From: a virus
Taxonomy: Duplodnaviria > Caudoviricetes
Virus record (IMG/VR): IMGVR_UViG_3300032289_002239
Coordinates: 1-64,000 of that record
Direction: 5' to 3' (one strand)
DNA length: 64,000 nt
The notes under the pieces were generated by a model that worked only from the letters and a program-made list of their open reading frames with translations, was not told the DNA's origin and ran no database searches. Within the stretch, counting starts at the first letter, position 1. Every line of letters begins with the position of its first letter. This document shows, one piece after another, positions 46,644 to 56,384 of the stretch. The position numbers and the translations under genes are program-made.

Positions 46644-49600
46644 CTAAATAAAAAATTGATCGAGTGTAATTGTTTTTTCTATATTCCAACCAATAATATC
46701 TAATATTGCCTTTAGCGGTTGCACAAAAGTTTTATCGAACTGGGTCTCATAATCTACGTAAGCATGTAGACCGAATTCTTTTGGTAAAGTCTGTATGAAC
46801 CCAATCACATTTTCCATGATTGGATTAGGCATCTTCAAATAGCAATATTTTATTTTCTCGCCGTTGGATATAAAGTTGTATTTGTTCTCCAGACCATGTT
46901 TTTTGAGGTTGTTGTTGTATAGTATGGAACCTCGTACATGGATAGGTGTTCCCTTTTTATATAGGGCAGTCGTGGCCAAAAATTTAGTTACATCTGATAC
47001 TCCTTTTGGAAATGCTGCATCTTCTGGGGCAAGTTTAAAAAATTCTTTTTTTGTTTCTTCAACAAATTTAATCATGTCTTCTTCAGTATAGTTCATTAAT
47101 ACTTCAAAAGCCACATTAAGTTTATCTCTACAAAACGCAGGAGTAGACGATTTAACCGCCTCAATTCCAGTAACAGAAATCTTTGGTTCAGAATATCTTA
47201 CTCCTTCATTATCCCATACATTAATAATGTAGTGCTTTTTGCCCGTAATAAGAAACTTGTCGGCAATTTTTTCTCTCTTCATATGGAGCTTATTTTTATA
47301 AGCATGAAGATAATCAGTCAGTTCAGTATAAGACTCATTAATATATTCTTGGATCTTAGTAGAAAAAATATTATTAACAAAATCAACGATTTTTTCTTTT
47401 GTAGTTTCTTTGCCTTCAAATATTTTTTTAACTAATGGATCAATATTGAGCATTACAGAATCGGTATCGCCATAAATGCAGTAGTCAACCTTTTCGGTTT
47501 TAAGAAGTTTATTGAAATAAATGTTTAGTTTATTCTCGATCCATTTAAGAGCAAGTTGACCTGATGAAGTAATAGCTTCGGCATTTCTTAATTCATAGAA
47601 TCTAAAATAAGGACTCCCAAGAGCACCGTACCCACTGTTTAGACAAACCTTGAGGCTTAATTGCTTTACTTTGTAATTAGAGATTTTGTATTTTATAGCA
47701 TTATCTTTTGTTTCTTCATATTCTTTTTCTGCAGTAATCTGAAGAGTTTTATATTGTTTTCTCTTTTCATACATGTCCTCAAGTATAGCCGGAATAAAAC
47801 TTTGGCGATCTTTTGAATACATTGAGCCATTAGGACAGATAGAATAATCTGGATAGATTGATGTGTCTACTTGTTTTTTAATAATTTTATCAACAGATAT
47901 TGAAGGAAATGATTGGTTTATAAGAGTCTCAGGTCCAATGTTCATGCTAATCATCACATGCGGGTAGAGTGACGTAAGGTCAAGAGTAACTGTCCAACCA
48001 TAAAGACCAGGAATTGGTTCTTTTACATAGGCTCCTGCAAACTTTTCTGATTTGTTTGACTGTTTTTTAAGTGGAATAGCAATCTTTTTTTTGTTAAGAT
48101 AATTAAAAATAATATTATCCCACATTCGGACCTGATAAAAAACATCTTCATAATTAGATTTTGATTGATATGCAAGATCAATCGCCATGTTAATTAGTTG
48201 AAGTTTTTCTTCTAATCGATCAACAAGTTCTACGTCAATTTTATTATATTTGACGTAAGTATCCCAACCATAAGTATAAAAATCTCTAAATGTCTCATAT
48301 TGTGAATGGTCTAGTTTATTTTGACCTAATTCATTATAGGCAACTGTGTCTAGTCTGTAATTTTCTGGGTTTTTAAACGAATACTTTTTATAAAGCTCCA
48401 TGTAATCAAGAAGACTTACCCCATAAATTTCATATTGGGTTTCTACTTTATTGTTCTTTTGGATCTGACGATCACGGATAAATTTCCAAGGAGAAAGCCT
48501 TTTTGCATCGGCAGTGCCGAGGACTCTTTTGATTCGGTTGATTATGTATGGGATATCGAAAGCATTGCAATTATGAACTTTAACTCCAGACGAGATAAAG
48601 TAATGGGTGTCAGTTTCTATATCCATCATAGCCATACAATTTTCTTCGATAAAATCGACTACCCGGACGTAATAACCTTGATCTACTTTTTTAAAGCGTG
48701 TTGACTTAGCTTTCTGTGAGTTATCCCTATTTAATGTGATTTTAAAATTGCATTTATTCCATCTTTTTCTTTTCCTTAAATTTAATTTACTAAAGTCTAT
48801 GTCAATAAAATGTAAATTATTTTTTGTTATACAGGTAAATATCCCATTCCATAAACATAATTCATATAATGTATCTAGATCATTGTTATAATTACAAAAA
48901 CCTACAGTATTCTCATGAACACGACCGTCGCCATCTAATAAGCCACTTAAAAACATATAAAATTGTTTTTCTGAAAAAGTTGAAACTAATTCAAGATTTA
49001 TTCTTTTATTTTTATTTTGATCATAAATAACTTCTTCACTATTAATTAATTTGAGAGGTATATTTATGTTAAAACAATTTTTATACGGGCCATAAATTTT
49101 AGTTGGTATTTTATAATCTTCCTTTAATTCAGTTATAAATTCTATATCTGATTGATAAAAAGTAAACCCAGAATTAATATATTTTTTATCTGTCATAGAA
49201 CCATCAGTGTAGATTAGGCCCATCAAATAACATTGCTCATATGTAAAATTTGGATTGTCTTCATTATCGTTTTTTCTCAGGGGGACATAAACGAATTTTT
49301 CATCGACATTTTCTATGGCTTCTTTAACAGTCAAATCTTTTTGATACGACTTACTTTTATTTCCAGTTTTGCTCTTTACTTTTGTATATGATTCAGATGG
49401 ACATAAAATATAAGGGAATATGTGATCATAAGAAGACGTTATTGTGGCGCCATTGGCCAATTTTTGTGTAATACCGACTTTATTGTTAACAGGGGAAACC
49501 TTATTAACAACACTATCATGTAATTCCATCCCTGGCTTCATATTACTCATTTTATGAATAATATTTTTACCCCAGACATTAGAATTAACCGGTACACAAT

Positions 49601-50171
49601 TCCAGCCGCTTACAACATCTGGATAATTAGCCTCCCAGAAGGTCAAAAACTTATTAAGAAGATCGACCTCATTGGCACATTCTTGATAAACATAATTATC
49701 CATTACCTCAGAAAAAGGTCTACTTCCCCAGGTATAGATTTTTTTAGTTGAATAATCCTGAATAGTAATCAGGAGAATTTCTTCTTGTGCGATATCTGGA
49801 CTTGGAAACCCACCTAATTCTGCTGCTGTCTCAATATCTAAGGTATAAAGCCTAATTTTATTAATGTTAAAATCTTCAATTTCTTCTGGATATTGTTCAG
49901 CAAGGTATTGGTAAATTGCTGTTTCGTGCCCATAAATCGAAATATTATCAACATCTTTATATTGTGTTAACCATTCTTTACACTCTTTGATTGATCCTGG
50001 TTTTATAGGAGAAACATTTTTATTATCTAAAGTTTTCCACTCTGATGGTCTGTTTGAAGTAATATAAAAAGTTGGGTTATAATCTACTCTGACTTGAAAG
50101 GGAACACCAGAGTCATCATACCCCCTTTCATAAATTGTGTTTCCGATTTGTTTAGCTGAAGTGTAAAACAT
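46644..50171 (-). CDS. gp43: Family B DNA polymerase (gp43) with intein
   Basis: LDIET, GWN..FD, DLTSLYP, LNSGYG, YGDTDS, KKHY. Confidence 0.95.
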   Translation of the reverse strand: MFYTSAKQIGNTIYERGYDDSGVPFQVRVDYNPTFYITSNRPSEWKTLDNKNVSPIKPGSIKECKEWLTQYKDVDNISIYGHETAIYQYLAEQYPEEIEDFNINKIRLYTLDIETAAELGGFPSPDIAQEEILLITIQDYSTKKIYTWGSRPFSEVMDNYVYQECANEVDLLNKFLTFWEANYPDVVSGWNCVPVNSNVWGKNIIHKMSNMKPGMELHDSVVNKVSPVNNKVGITQKLANGATITSSYDHIFPYILCPSESYTKVKSKTGNKSKSYQKDLTVKEAIENVDEKFVYVPLRKNDNEDNPNFTYEQCYLMGLIYTDGSMTDKKYINSGFTFYQSDIEFITELKEDYKIPTKIYGPYKNCFNINIPLKLINSEEVIYDQNKNKRINLELVSTFSEKQFYMFLSGLLDGDGRVHENTVGFCNYNNDLDTLYELCLWNGIFTCITKNNLHFIDIDFSKLNLRKRKRWNKCNFKITLNRDNSQKAKSTRFKKVDQGYYVRVVDFIEENCMAMMDIETDTHYFISSGVKVHNCNAFDIPYIINRIKRVLGTADAKRLSPWKFIRDRQIQKNNKVETQYEIYGVSLLDYMELYKKYSFKNPENYRLDTVAYNELGQNKLDHSQYETFRDFYTYGWDTYVKYNKIDVELVDRLEEKLQLINMAIDLAYQSKSNYEDVFYQVRMWDNIIFNYLNKKKIAIPLKKQSNKSEKFAGAYVKEPIPGLYGWTVTLDLTSLYPHVMISMNIGPETLINQSFPSISVDKIIKKQVDTSIYPDYSICPNGSMYSKDRQSFIPAILEDMYEKRKQYKTLQITAEKEYEETKDNAIKYKISNYKVKQLSLKVCLNSGYGALGSPYFRFYELRNAEAITSSGQLALKWIENKLNIYFNKLLKTEKVDYCIYGDTDSVMLNIDPLVKKIFEGKETTKEKIVDFVNNIFSTKIQEYINESYTELTDYLHAYKNKLHMKREKIADKFLITGKKHYIINVWDNEGVRYSEPKISVTGIEAVKSSTPAFCRDKLNVAFEVLMNYTEEDMIKFVEETKKEFFKLAPEDAAFPKGVSDVTKFLATTALYKKGTPIHVRGSILYNNNLKKHGLENKYNFISNGEKIKYCYLKMPNPIMENVIGFIQTLPKEFGLHAYVDYETQFDKTFVQPLKAILDIIGWNIEKTITLDQFFI
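48570..49598 (-). other. Intein (343 aa) with LAGLIDADG endonuclease in the gp43 exonuclease domain
   Basis: SGWN|CVPVNS...LMGLIYTDG...LSGLLDGDG...GVKVHN|CNAFDIPY. Confidence 0.92.
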
Positions 50172-50422
50172 TATTTAATTAATTCTTTATATTTTGCGAG
50201 AAGATTAATATTAGGTTCAGCAATTGTAAGAAATTTGTCAGAATGCATCATAAAAGCGTTTTGAGAAGACACATCAATCAACCAGGCCGATAGAAAATCG
50301 CCATTGATAATAAATGGTTCTATAATTTTACAATCTGGTTGCCCAATATCTTCCGGGACAATCTCTTGAATTTGTGCAATAAGAGTAAGATTATTTGGGA
50401 ACAGTATAACTTTAATTTCCAT
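50171..50422 (-). CDS. Conserved hypothetical protein
   Basis: GQPDCKIIEP...SDKFLTIAEP; between hsp20 and gp43. Confidence 0.7.
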   Translation of the reverse strand: MEIKVILFPNNLTLIAQIQEIVPEDIGQPDCKIIEPFIINGDFLSAWLIDVSSQNAFMMHSDKFLTIAEPNINLLAKYKELIK

Positions 50423-50523
50423 GAAAAAGGGGTCTTTTAAGGACCCTTTGATTTTAGCACCCTCTTGGTCTTTTTGTCAAGGGGGTTTGCGCCGACTTTA
50501 TTTGGGTGGGTAGCCAGAAGTAT

Positions 50524-50955
50524 TTAGAAATAAACCGTTTTCTTTGGTTTTTCTGGTTCTGGGATATTGTTTTCAAGAAGGACAGTTAATATCCCATAAG
50601 TGAATTCAACAGATTTAATTGTCACAGTTTCAGACAACTTCCAAGTTCTCTTAAAATTACGTTCAGCAAGAGATCTGTAAATATAATGATAAGACTCTTT
50701 TTCTTCTTTAGTACCTTCGATCACTAATTGATCATCTAAAGTATAAACAGAAAGTTCAGACTCTTTAAACCCAGAAACCGCAACTTCTAATTTATATTCT
50801 TTATTAGAAAGTTTGATCAGATTATATGGTGGGTAATTATTTTGAGTGCCTAAACCTGAAAGTCCATCAAACCAGCTGTCTAGTCCAATATAATATTTGT
50901 CTAGATCATCAAAAAGTTTAGACAGTGAGGTTGTAGTGTATTTTGCAAGTGTCAT
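50524..50955 (-). CDS. hsp20: Small heat shock protein
   Basis: NYPPYNL, LEVAVSGF, LAERNF.R.W.L, GILTV. Confidence 0.92.
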   Translation of the reverse strand: MTLAKYTTTSLSKLFDDLDKYYIGLDSWFDGLSGLGTQNNYPPYNLIKLSNKEYKLEVAVSGFKESELSVYTLDDQLVIEGTKEEKESYHYIYRSLAERNFKRTWKLSETVTIKSVEFTYGILTVLLENNIPEPEKPKKTVYF

Positions 50956-51093
50956 TTGAAGTCTCCTTAAAAAAGCGAGAAGTTTACTGAAGAAATCCCT
51001 TTAGGCAATTTCTTCAGTAGTATTTAATCACAGATTCCCTGAAAAATCAAGTGATTATGGTGCGGATCACCGAACTTCCTAGTTTGGTGAAAT

Positions 51094-51858
51094 TTATTCA
51101 ATTCTTATTCTATTTGATGTGTCGATTCCTTTGGCTTTTTGAAATTTGGAAAGTCCCCCAGCATTAGAAACATGTCCAGTTACGGTACATTGCCATTTTT
51201 GGGAAGAGACTATTTTTCCGCCTTTTTTTCCTCCTTTTCTGCAGACTTCAACTCTTTTTTCTGGGTCCATTCCATGAATTCCAATACCGTCTTCATATGT
51301 TTTTTGACCCCCTTTTTTACGGATATCATACATTTGTTCTAGTGTAAAACCAAAAATCCCAGTTCCATTTTTTCTATTTACTTCGGCTCCCTTTTTGCCA
51401 ACTTCACTTCTTTTTTCTGGAGTCATACCATAAAATGCAGTACCATTTTTTTTACATTTTTGGTTTGTTCTTTTACCTATTTCCTTTCTCTGTTCATAAG
51501 TTAGTCCACAAATTCCAGTTCCATTCTCTTTCTGTATTTGTCCTCCTTTTTTGCCAGCTTCAATTCTTTTCTCTAAGGTTAGTCCAAAAATTCCAGTTCC
51601 ATTCTCTTTCTGTTTTTGGCTATTTCTTTTGCCATTTAAAGACTGAGCTTCTAATTTGGCCTCATCCATAGTTATCTGTCCAGATATGGCTCTCCAAGCT
51701 ATTTTATCTTCTTCATTACCCCATAATTGATAGTTACAAAAATAAAACATAGCATGTTGAGTTACGGTAACTTTAACAAGATTTTCTGGCTCATTGTTTC
51801 CACCCATATATTTTGGGATAATATGGTGTTTATGGGTGCGCTCGTTTGGTCTGCACAT
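51094..51858 (-). CDS. HNH homing endonuclease (paralog of 1835-2509)
   Basis: MCRPNERTHKHHIIP; HAMFY instead of HAMFH; start moved to MCRP. Confidence 0.8.
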   Translation of the reverse strand: MCRPNERTHKHHIIPKYMGGNNEPENLVKVTVTQHAMFYFCNYQLWGNEEDKIAWRAISGQITMDEAKLEAQSLNGKRNSQKQKENGTGIFGLTLEKRIEAGKKGGQIQKENGTGICGLTYEQRKEIGKRTNQKCKKNGTAFYGMTPEKRSEVGKKGAEVNRKNGTGIFGFTLEQMYDIRKKGGQKTYEDGIGIHGMDPEKRVEVCRKGGKKGGKIVSSQKWQCTVTGHVSNAGGLSKFQKAKGIDTSNRIRIE

Positions 51859-51970
51859 TATACTGCTCTTAAATTGATTGGCAATTATATTTAGGCAATA
51901 AAAAAGAGAGGGTTTCCCCTCTCTATCGTTTACCTTAACGATGCCAATCAACTAAGGCATTTTTATTTAG
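51859..51970 (-). ncRNA. Tandem late promoter / antisense sRNA cassette B
   Basis: CTAAATA 51964-70; stem GCCTTA/TAAGGT with TTGATTGGCA in the loop; AGAGAGGG/CCCTCTCT-TTTTT; CTAAATA 51888-94; TGCCAATCAA in the 5'UTR. Confidence 0.7.
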
Positions 51971-52424
51971 TTATCAAAGAATCGGTAGTGTCGTTCTTTT
52001 TCTTTGAGTTCCCTATACTGTACTTTTCTACTAGAGTCCACAATGATTTCTCCTTAAACGGAAGAATCTTAATTTGGTTTAGTGGAGCCCGATCTTCTAT
52101 TTGGGCCGGATTTTTGACTTTTACAATTCCCCATTGATCGAGTAAATGGGCAATTGTATGAAGTCTTTCTAGATCATTAACCATAATTGTTGCACTACGG
52201 TTATCTAGAACAAACATAAATTTAAAATGCACCAAATAATATTTGCCATTTTTATATAAAATATTGGCAGTTTGATATAATTCTTTTTTATATCTGGATG
52301 CGACCCCGATTCGGGTTAATGTCTCTTTTGCAAGAAGAAAAGAATCCGGAGTTTCTAACTCCACTTCTACCATAAGATCGGGGGTCCACTTTACGTATTG
52401 ACCATCCGTTTCATAATTAGCCAT
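51963..52424 (-). CDS. regA: Translational repressor RegA
   Basis: ETLTRIGVAS, LYQ, YYLVHFK, W.LV.KY.IG. Confidence 0.92.
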   Translation of the reverse strand: MANYETDGQYVKWTPDLMVEVELETPDSFLLAKETLTRIGVASRYKKELYQTANILYKNGKYYLVHFKFMFVLDNRSATIMVNDLERLHTIAHLLDQWGIVKVKNPAQIEDRAPLNQIKILPFKEKSLWTLVEKYSIGNSKKKNDTTDSLITK

Positions 52425-52456
52425 AAATTCCTCAAAAATAATGAATTATGTATTAT

Positions 52457-52831
52457 TTATGCTCCACCAACATTTAACTTTTCTTTAATATAATCAATCT
52501 GTTCTTTAGATAATAACTTCATGGCATCAAGGGCCTTTTCGGTACTATAACCATAATAAGACTTGACAATATCAAGATTATCTAGGGGGTTCTTCTTCAA
52601 ATAATTAGAAAATCTCTTTCTCTTTGGAACCCCATAAAGAAGAAATTTGTACTGCATATCCTTGTCCATGGTGAATCTTTCATTTAATTCACTTGCAAAA
52701 AGAACAGTATCAATATTGCCAGAAAGAATTCTATTAACAACAAAGGCCGGATATTGATTTGGATTATCAATATCCTTCAAAACGTCTTTCTTAGAAAAAT
52801 AAATCGAGTCCAGCCAGTCCTTTAATTCCAT
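52457..52831 (-). CDS. gp62: Clamp loader small subunit gp62
   Basis: LKDWLDSI, YPAFVVNR, YYGYS.EKA. Confidence 0.88.
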   Translation of the reverse strand: MELKDWLDSIYFSKKDVLKDIDNPNQYPAFVVNRILSGNIDTVLFASELNERFTMDKDMQYKFLLYGVPKRKRFSNYLKKNPLDNLDIVKSYYGYSTEKALDAMKLLSKEQIDYIKEKLNVGGA

Positions 52832-53763
52832 TCACATTCGACCATGATTTTAATAAAACAGGCAATCAGGTTAACCTCATTATCGACAACATTCTTGCTC
52901 ATGTGATCATGAATAATCAAAATGGCCTGGGGAATAGAATGCTTTACCATGACCTGTTCTAGGCCATCATAAAACTTCCTTAGGATTACATTCGGGTCGT
53001 TATCCAGGTTATTAATGACCCACTTTCTGACCTCTGTAAAATTCTTCTGTTTTAAGTGATCATAAAGAGTAGAAATCTTAACATCAGAAGTCTGTGCTAA
53101 GATTGAAGAATCAATTACACCTGAATTTGAATATTTTTGTAAAACATTAAGTATTCTTCTAAAATCAGGGAAATATTTAATTAGTAATTTAGTAAGAATT
53201 TTTTGGTCTTCACATTCGATTTTTTCTTGTTCTAAAATATGTAGAATTCTATCATTAAATTGTTTCGCTAATGATGGTCTTTCTTTAGATGGTATTGTGA
53301 AATCGATAACTGGGCATCTTGATTGTAATGCCGGATCTATTCTATTTTTGTAGTTACAAGTAAAAATAAAAGAACAATTATGTTGTAATTCCTCAATAGC
53401 TGCTCTTAATGCAAGCTGTGAATCATTAGTTAAATTATCACCTTCATCAATAAGCAGAATTTTTTTCCCAGTTGAAGAGAGCGATACAGTTGAGGCGTAA
53501 TTTTTTACTTTATTACGAATAACATCAATAGATCTTTCATCTGAACCATTGATAATCATAAAGTCTCGATCTAGACTATTTGCTAGAGCCTTGACTAGAT
53601 TTGTCTTACCGACTCCCGGAGGACCAGCAAGAATCATATTTGGTACGTTACCTGATGCTTCAATCTCAAGAAAAACTTTTTTTATCTCTTTTGGAAGAAT
53701 ACATTCGGATACATTTTTTGATGCGTACCGTTCAACAAAAAGAAAATTATTCATTGGTTTCAA
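52822..53763 (-). CDS. gp44: Clamp loader AAA+ subunit gp44
   Basis: GPPGVGKT, INGSDE, IDE, SRC, FPDFRR. Confidence 0.93.
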   Translation of the reverse strand: MKPMNNFLFVERYASKNVSECILPKEIKKVFLEIEASGNVPNMILAGPPGVGKTNLVKALANSLDRDFMIINGSDERSIDVIRNKVKNYASTVSLSSTGKKILLIDEGDNLTNDSQLALRAAIEELQHNCSFIFTCNYKNRIDPALQSRCPVIDFTIPSKERPSLAKQFNDRILHILEQEKIECEDQKILTKLLIKYFPDFRRILNVLQKYSNSGVIDSSILAQTSDVKISTLYDHLKQKNFTEVRKWVINNLDNDPNVILRKFYDGLEQVMVKHSIPQAILIIHDHMSKNVVDNEVNLIACFIKIMVECEWN

Positions 53764-54430
53764 ATTTAGAATCTGGCTCCATTGCTACCCAATACACAAG
53801 AGACATTTTTTGATGTGAAAATTTAGCAATATTCTTTCTAGAAAGAACAACTTCATAACCACCAGGAAAAAATTGAAGATTTTCAATTTTAAAATTCATA
53901 CAAAACTTTTCAGTTGTGGTGCCCACCTCAATTGAATACTCATTTGAGGTATCATTCTTTTTATCCTGAACGATAAGTTCAATAATTTCTCCATTTCCAA
54001 CAACAGATAGATCATCTAAACCAAATATTTGTTTGGCCTTAATAATTTTATCTAAAGAGGTTTGATCCAAAATAAAACAAACATCCTGAGATGGTAGATT
54101 CATCTTTTTATCTGGAGGAGATACAATAATTGATGAGTCAGCGTAAAAATACTTAATTTTTCGTTTTCCTTCTGTCAAGATCATATATTTTTCATGTGAA
54201 AAATCTAGATCAGGACTTCCTAAAAGATTAACACTATTAAGAAATTGATTCAGATTATAAATGGCAAATTCGGATTCAAACTTTTCTGTAATAGTAGCCT
54301 CGGCTAATACATTCCTAGAGACTTTGATTGTTCTAAGAGAATTACCTGGCTTCACATAAATGGATTGATTAATAGTAGAAAAGTTTTTTAGAATAGACAG
54401 AGTATCAGCAGAGAGTTCCATTTTGATCAA
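53747..54430 (-). CDS. gp45: Sliding clamp gp45
   Basis: LKNFSTINQS, FAIYNL..FL, YWVAME. Confidence 0.92.
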   Translation of the reverse strand: MIKMELSADTLSILKNFSTINQSIYVKPGNSLRTIKVSRNVLAEATITEKFESEFAIYNLNQFLNSVNLLGSPDLDFSHEKYMILTEGKRKIKYFYADSSIIVSPPDKKMNLPSQDVCFILDQTSLDKIIKAKQIFGLDDLSVVGNGEIIELIVQDKKNDTSNEYSIEVGTTTEKFCMNFKIENLQFFPGGYEVVLSRKNIAKFSHQKMSLVYWVAMEPDSKFETNE

Positions 54431-54729
54431 AAAGTATAGGTGTTCTTAGAATCAGAACCAGAGAAATGATATAGAAGAATACAATAATGAATAGCCTTTA
54501 GCAAATCTGCTTTTGGCGTTGTTTGTTCTTTTTTACGAAAACGTGAAAGATATTTGATAGCATTACTTCTACAAAAGGATTCTGAATCTCCTATTGCATC
54601 AATGAGATCAATCGTCTGTACTTTACTATCATTTGACGCATAGTGACCTCGATAGGTTGAAATAAGGTAATCTTCTACTTCCTTTAAAATTTCACCTTCA
54701 TTAAATTTCCAAAAATGATTTGATTCCAT
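54427..54729 (-). CDS. DUF3310-like hypothetical protein
   Basis: HY, FCRSNAIKYLSR, DLLKAIHY. Confidence 0.7.
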   Translation of the reverse strand: MESNHFWKFNEGEILKEVEDYLISTYRGHYASNDSKVQTIDLIDAIGDSESFCRSNAIKYLSRFRKKEQTTPKADLLKAIHYCILLYHFSGSDSKNTYTF

Positions 54730-54925
54730 AATTTTATTAGTTATTAAAAAACTGGCTCTCGCTGGAAGAGAACCAGAATCTTAGCACGGTTTTTGAATTT
54801 TGTCAAGACTTAAGGAACAAGAGCACCTAAAGTCGTGTACTTAAGGAAACGTCCTATGGCCCTTGCTGGTTTTGTTTTAATTGCCTGCCTTGCAGTGTTT
54901 GCCAAGAATGGTCTTATAACCGGTT

Positions 54926-55183
54926 TTACTTTTGGTCTAAGAATTTTTTTCTTTGTTGTTCAATTTTTTGATCTATTCTATCTCGTATTCTTTGTTTTTC
55001 TTCTGGTGTAGATGCTCTGGTTAATTGAGCTTGTAATCTATCATACTCTTGTTGAGTCATTTCTTGGATGAATTCTATGAACTCATCAGAAGCGGCCTCT
55101 AGAATTTTAGAGGCCGCTTTTTCTGAATGTGCGTAGTTATTAGAGATGAGGAAGTTTTGAAGGCACATTTTAAACCAAACCAA
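54926..55183 (-). CDS. Hypothetical protein (possible frameshifted extension)
   Basis: FL..NYA.SE.AA.KILE..SDEF module. Confidence 0.5.
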   Translation of the reverse strand: MVWFKMCLQNFLISNNYAHSEKAASKILEAASDEFIEFIQEMTQQEYDRLQAQLTRASTPEEKQRIRDRIDQKIEQQRKKFLDQK

Positions 55184-55206
55184 TATATTTGATATGATCT
55201 AGAGTA

Positions 55207-55797
55207 TCAGCTTATACCACTAGATCCTTTACCATATCTTTGATCTTGATAATATGCATCTTTTTTGGCTTTATTTCTATGTTTTGTTTTTGGATTTCCA
55301 TCTGGAAGCATTCTAAATGCTTGCATAGTGGGAATCATTCTCAACCCTTTTGGGTGAGTAGGAACTTGTCTACCTGATGCATCAATAGCAGCATCTGCAA
55401 GTTTGTTTCTACCATCAATCAACCCTCTATTTCTTACTGCCGCCTCATCAAGAACCTCTTCCATAATACTCTCCCGCCACTCTTCAGACATGTTGGCCAT
55501 AATAACATCAGCGTCCTCATAAGAATCACAGAAACCTTCGGATACAAGATATTCGGAAACGATGTCGTAGAGGTCTAGTTCTTCATTCATTCCCCTATTA
55601 ATATTTCTTAATGCCCGCTTACGCAGCTTAGATTTAATTAAATCTTCATCCGAATATTGATCAAGGTCGTAACCTTCTTCGATAAGGACCTCGACCCATT
55701 CTTCAATACTAACTAGTTCTTCTTCAGAAAGGGTTTCTTCGGTATAAACACCATGACGATAGGCTTCGTTTAATTGGGATAGTACGGTAAAATCCAT
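55207..55797 (-). CDS. Hypothetical, probable internal virion protein
   Basis: EWV..LIEEGYDL..Y and YLVSEGF......A..IM.NMSEEW modules. Confidence 0.6.
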   Translation of the reverse strand: MDFTVLSQLNEAYRHGVYTEETLSEEELVSIEEWVEVLIEEGYDLDQYSDEDLIKSKLRKRALRNINRGMNEELDLYDIVSEYLVSEGFCDSYEDADVIMANMSEEWRESIMEEVLDEAAVRNRGLIDGRNKLADAAIDASGRQVPTHPKGLRMIPTMQAFRMLPDGNPKTKHRNKAKKDAYYQDQRYGKGSSGIS

Positions 55798-55865
55798 TTT
55801 TAAATTATTAAAACTATTAAGTATTTAGATTATTTGTTCTTTAAGGTTATTGGTTTTTAAAGTTT

Positions 55866-56384
55866 CTATTCAACTCGAATTCTTTTAGATGGGTCAATTT
55901 CTCTTTTTCTTTGATATATTGTAAGTCCGCCAGCATTAGAAACATATCCAGTTATAATGCATTGCCATTTTTGGGAGCTAGTATTTTTACCTCCTTTTTT
56001 TCTAGCTTCAATTTTTTCTTCATATGTCATCCCAAAAATTGCAATGCCTTTCTCTTTATTAGACTGAGCTGTTTTTTTACTATTTTCGCTTCTTTGTTCA
56101 AAAGTTAATGCAAAAATTCCAGTGCTATTTTCTTTTTGTATTTGCCCTCCTCTTATGCAACCCAAAATCTTTGCCTTTTGTTTAGCCTCATCAACATTTA
56201 TTTGCCCAGAAAGCATTTTCCATGCAATCTTGTCTTCTTCATTACTCCATAATTGGTAGTTACAGAAATGGAACATGGCGTGTTGAGTTACTGTTACCTC
56301 AACAAGATTTTCAGGTTCATTGCTCCCACCCATGTATCTCGGTACTAGATGATGTTTATGGGTGCGCTCGTTTGGTCTACACAT
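55866..56384 (-). CDS. HNH homing endonuclease (third paralog)
   Basis: MCRPNERTHKHHLVPRYMGG...HAMFH. Confidence 0.8.
   Translation of the reverse strand: MCRPNERTHKHHLVPRYMGGSNEPENLVEVTVTQHAMFHFCNYQLWSNEEDKIAWKMLSGQINVDEAKQKAKILGCIRGGQIQKENSTGIFALTFEQRSENSKKTAQSNKEKGIAIFGMTYEEKIEARKKGGKNTSSQKWQCIITGYVSNAGGLTIYQRKREIDPSKRIRVE

Noticed and set aside
51056-51076. TGGTGCGGA resembling the start of the cyanophage wcaG RNA motif
   Set aside because: The rest of the structure is not evident and the orientation does not lead into a gene.
51859-51951. N-terminal extensions called for ORFs 51094, 39634, 1183 and 27874
   Set aside because: They run through promoters, terminators or leaders; paralog starts (MCR...) and promoter positions support shorter ORFs.
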